DNA from: Tubiluchus corallicola
Taxonomy: Eukaryota; Animalia; Priapulida
Length of the DNA stretch: 64,000 bases
Direction: 5' to 3'
Assembly (NCBI GenBank): GCA_030141605.1
Contig: JAQGDQ010000097.1
Span: forward strand, 124,001-188,000
Below the pieces are notes generated by a model. That model made no database searches and was not told the DNA's origin. It saw nothing but the letters and a program-made list of their open reading frames with translations. How positions within the stretch are numbered: the first letter of the stretch is position 1; the number at the start of each line of letters is the position of its first letter. Below, in pieces: positions 61,140 through 64,000 of the stretch. The position numbers were made by a program, and so were the translations under genes.

Positions 61140-62252
61140 AATCAACTACAAAGATATGGCGTCACATGTCATTGCCATATTTAAGATAGTTTTACTGCTT
61201 TTTCTGTCATTACAGTTGTCAAGCGCTGGTTTCAATATGTACAATTATCAAAACTATGTGGGACAGGACGAATACAGTGTACGAGTAAGTGAGATGGCAT
61301 TTTTTATAAATATTGTTTAACTAAATCAATTTTGTTTCATGAACATCAGAATATACGAGATGTCTCACGAAAAGTGAGTCAAATTGGTTAAAAAGCTTTT
61401 ACTGCAATATTCATAGTTGATGCGTCATTTTAATTCCGCACTTATATGTTGAAATAGGTCAATAGTTTGCAAAGTACTTAACGTAAGTTGATTTAATTAT
61501 TAATTAAGGTAAGTTTTTTTATTAATTATTTAGTTTTGTTTCTTTTATTTGTATAGGAGGTATTTTGAACTAAACTCAAACGGTGCATTGTTTTGTAGTT
61601 TTAACCACACATGTATTTTGAGCAGAAAGCCCGGAAAACAGATAATTGTTATGCAGTCAACGTTTAAAATGACCCAGAATTCCTTCCTGCCACAAATTAA
61701 ATACGGCCAGAAATGATAATATCTTGCTACTTCTCTTTTCAGCGGAGGACTGCTTACATAAATTACATAGAGAGATCAATGAAACTATTTATGAGAGATG
61801 CTGGCGTGCCATCTAGCGATGAAAAACTGAAAGATTTCAGCGACTGGATAATATTAGCTGAAAGCCAACTTGCTAACGTAAAACACAATTTTTAAATATA
61901 ACGTGCTATGATTTAGTGTTTACTGGTTAATTTAACCGGGGCAGTTTTGTTTATTAACTCGTGTAGATTTGCAAAGACTTAAAATTACTCGTTTTTCGAG
62001 ATAGATTTGTAGAATAGAATAGAATAAAACTGTATTTTGCACACATTCGTAATAACCAATATACAAACTGTATATGATTAACTACTTACTTGGCAAGTTT
62101 TTGTCGGAACTATCTACTAATAATTCTACATTGAGTAATAATGAGTAGGAAATGGAACGGATATTAAATATACCGAACTCTTTTAGTACTCGCTGATTGG
62201 AGGACAGGCAAAAATGATGACGCTATCTGAGCTCACTATATCAGCGACCTAC
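58740..62252 (+). CDS. M13 family (neprilysin/endothelin-converting enzyme-like) type II membrane metallopeptidase, 5' part; the remainder lies beyond the window
   Basis: Exons: 58740-59408 (N-terminal TM helix, VCESQSCL...EPCDDFYAYACG...KAKKLFQSCM...LGGW); 61216-61284; 61743-61877 (AYINYI...ESQLAN); 62187-62252 (MTLSEL). All GT-AG and phase 0. The catalytic HEXXH region is not in the window. Confidence 0.9.
60330..61141 (+). mobile_element. CR1/L2-group LINE 3' remnant with an (AATA)n/(AATG)n tail, intron 1 of the M13 gene
   Basis: Translates MYKCLNNAALLYLSQNF...HNRVTRS...GKRTFY*SGAMPWTTL...FKKLAKTY; 3' stem-loop-like AGGGCCTCCTTGG...GAAGGAGCTGCCCT, then a microsatellite tail at about 60983-61141. 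Confidence 0.78.
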
Positions 62253-63412
62253 GTAAGTGAATTACGATTATTATATTTAACAGAAATAATTAAAATAGAC
62301 AGGACATCCAGTGAAAACATGACCTTTTATTTATGCATAATCTTTTTATTCGAGTTTGCAATTATATAGGATCAGGATTTTAGTGGCTTCAGTCGCGATT
62401 TAGTTTTTCCAACAATTGAGATAATTATGCCGGTGACAGACTTAAAGACGCAAAAGAAATCTATTAATTTCATTATTGCTACTAATTTATCGATAGCTGT
62501 GTAAAATGTGTCACTACTTAAAATTATATTTTTAGACGTCTTAAATTTGTTGCGCCAGTTGGGTGGCGGAGTGGTTTAGATTTCGGACTGCTAAAGTGTC
62601 AGTTGCTAAATAGCCGTTAGCGCTAAAGTTGTATGTTAAATGAGCGACGATAAACAAGTCTTGTCTTTTGTCTTTTTGTTTTATGTTTGTGTCAGTTTGT
62701 CTGCCATCATGTCAAACCTGTGTTTATTTGTTTCACGACACAAAACTAGAGTGTAAACTTGGGGTTTTGCAATTTGATACCTGTCCTTTCCACAAGAAGC
62801 ATGTTGATTTGAAGAGTAATAACTCTATATCAAGGACTTTTTATCTTTGTAAAACTCACTCCTAGTTGCCAGCATGCCAAACGTATAAACGAGTACCTGC
62901 TGGAGCACATACAAGAAAATTAAGAACAACACAATACAATGGACAGATTTTGTGAGCTACACCCCATCCTAAAATGTTGGATTCAGTTCCAATATAGATA
63001 GAGAATGGCGAATTGTGACGTTTGATGATATGTAACAGATTGTGCTATCTATGATCTTTGCTATGTAACCAAGCCTTGTAAATTTATCCTAGATATCAAA
63101 GTAACTGATTTTTATATAAGTTTTTGGATACCCAAGTTGTGACCTTTTTCACCTCGTGTAATGCAAGAACTAAAAACAAGGCTGCCTATTCACCGTAAAA
63201 TGCAAGGTTTATAGGGAACAATGTACGATTTTTTATAATAAGAACATTATCTTCATAAGGTAGATTGTGTATGTAGCCACATAACTACCAAGCACAATTT
63301 AGAATAAAAAGTGTCAAAAAAGTTACGGCAGTTTTTGAATGTAAAAATTGGCCCTATTCAGCCCGTTTTACGGTAATGTTACTTTTAGTTAGAGATTGCT
63401 GGATCATTTAGC

Positions 63413-64000
63413 CAGCGGCGTAGCAAGGGCAAAAAACTTTTGACGCTCTACCCTTTTAATGTTTTGATCATTTGTTTCGTGGGAGAACCCACAAATTGTG
63501 CGCGCTTTTTTATCTCTGAGCCCAGCTTTCCTTTTTGGACATGATGGCATGAAATTAACAAATTTTCTCTAAAAATCACCCTGACTTTGATTTGTGGTAC
63601 TGCACCAGAGTAACTCTTTTCTACGTTAGTTTTCTTTTAGTTTGCGAGTAACACGACAGTGCTTAGACATTCGGCTCCAGCATTAAAATATGCAGCGGTT
63701 ATGAAAGATGCAGAACACTACAAGTTTTCACAATAATACAATCGGCATATTTTAAAACTCCAAAATTTAGAGGAATGTCACTTTTTCTTGCAAAATTTTT
63801 GTCTGCAAAGCCACAAAATACACACGTCACTAAGAAACCGTTAAGTAAGAACATTAGCCTTTTTTCTAGCTGTATGTAGTAATTAATTAAGTCAGCTACG
63901 ATGATCTCTGAAGTACATAATTTTGTTGCAGTTTGAGAGCTTTTGTTAATTGTTTTGTTAATGTCGAATCTGTAATTAATAATTAACAGTCATGGACCTC
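63413..64000 (+). mobile_element. hAT-like non-autonomous element, copy 2 (uninterrupted, runs off the window)
   Basis: Begins CAGCGGCGTAGC; collinear with 54419-55350 minus the nested MITE. Confidence 0.75.

Overview
AT-rich, intron-containing animal (invertebrate-like) genomic DNA, not prokaryotic. Most entries in the supplied ORF track are antisense shadows, repeat translations or exon fragments, so I assembled genes by hand from splice sites and reading phase. Five spliced protein-coding genes were recovered. (1) The 5' part of a SNAG-domain Scratch-family (ScratchB/Kahuli-like) C2H2 zinc-finger gene on the minus strand, cut by the window start. (2,3) A tail-to-tail pair of paralogous 5-exon genes encoding small secreted PAN/Apple plus discoidin (F5/8 type C) proteins; one probably uses a GC-AG intron. 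(4) A complete 11-coding-exon Src-family kinase (505 aa, minus strand) whose exon layout matches vertebrate SRC except for one intron displaced by 21 nt. (5) The first four exons of an M13 neprilysin/ECE-like gene on the plus strand, cut by the window end. The roughly 30 kb between Src and the M13 gene is mostly repeats: hAT-like MITEs with TSDs, a decayed THAP/P-element with a nested LINE, CR1/RTE/RTEX-like remnants, 63-, about 37- and 28-bp minisatellites, and a 2.4-kb (CAT)n-derived array that reads as poly-Asp on the minus strand but lacks good evidence of coding. The best leads are the PAN-discoidin gene pair, the shifted Src intron, two copies of an inverted-repeat-flanked telomere-repeat element, and the Asp-rich array. 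None is proven novel without database searches.
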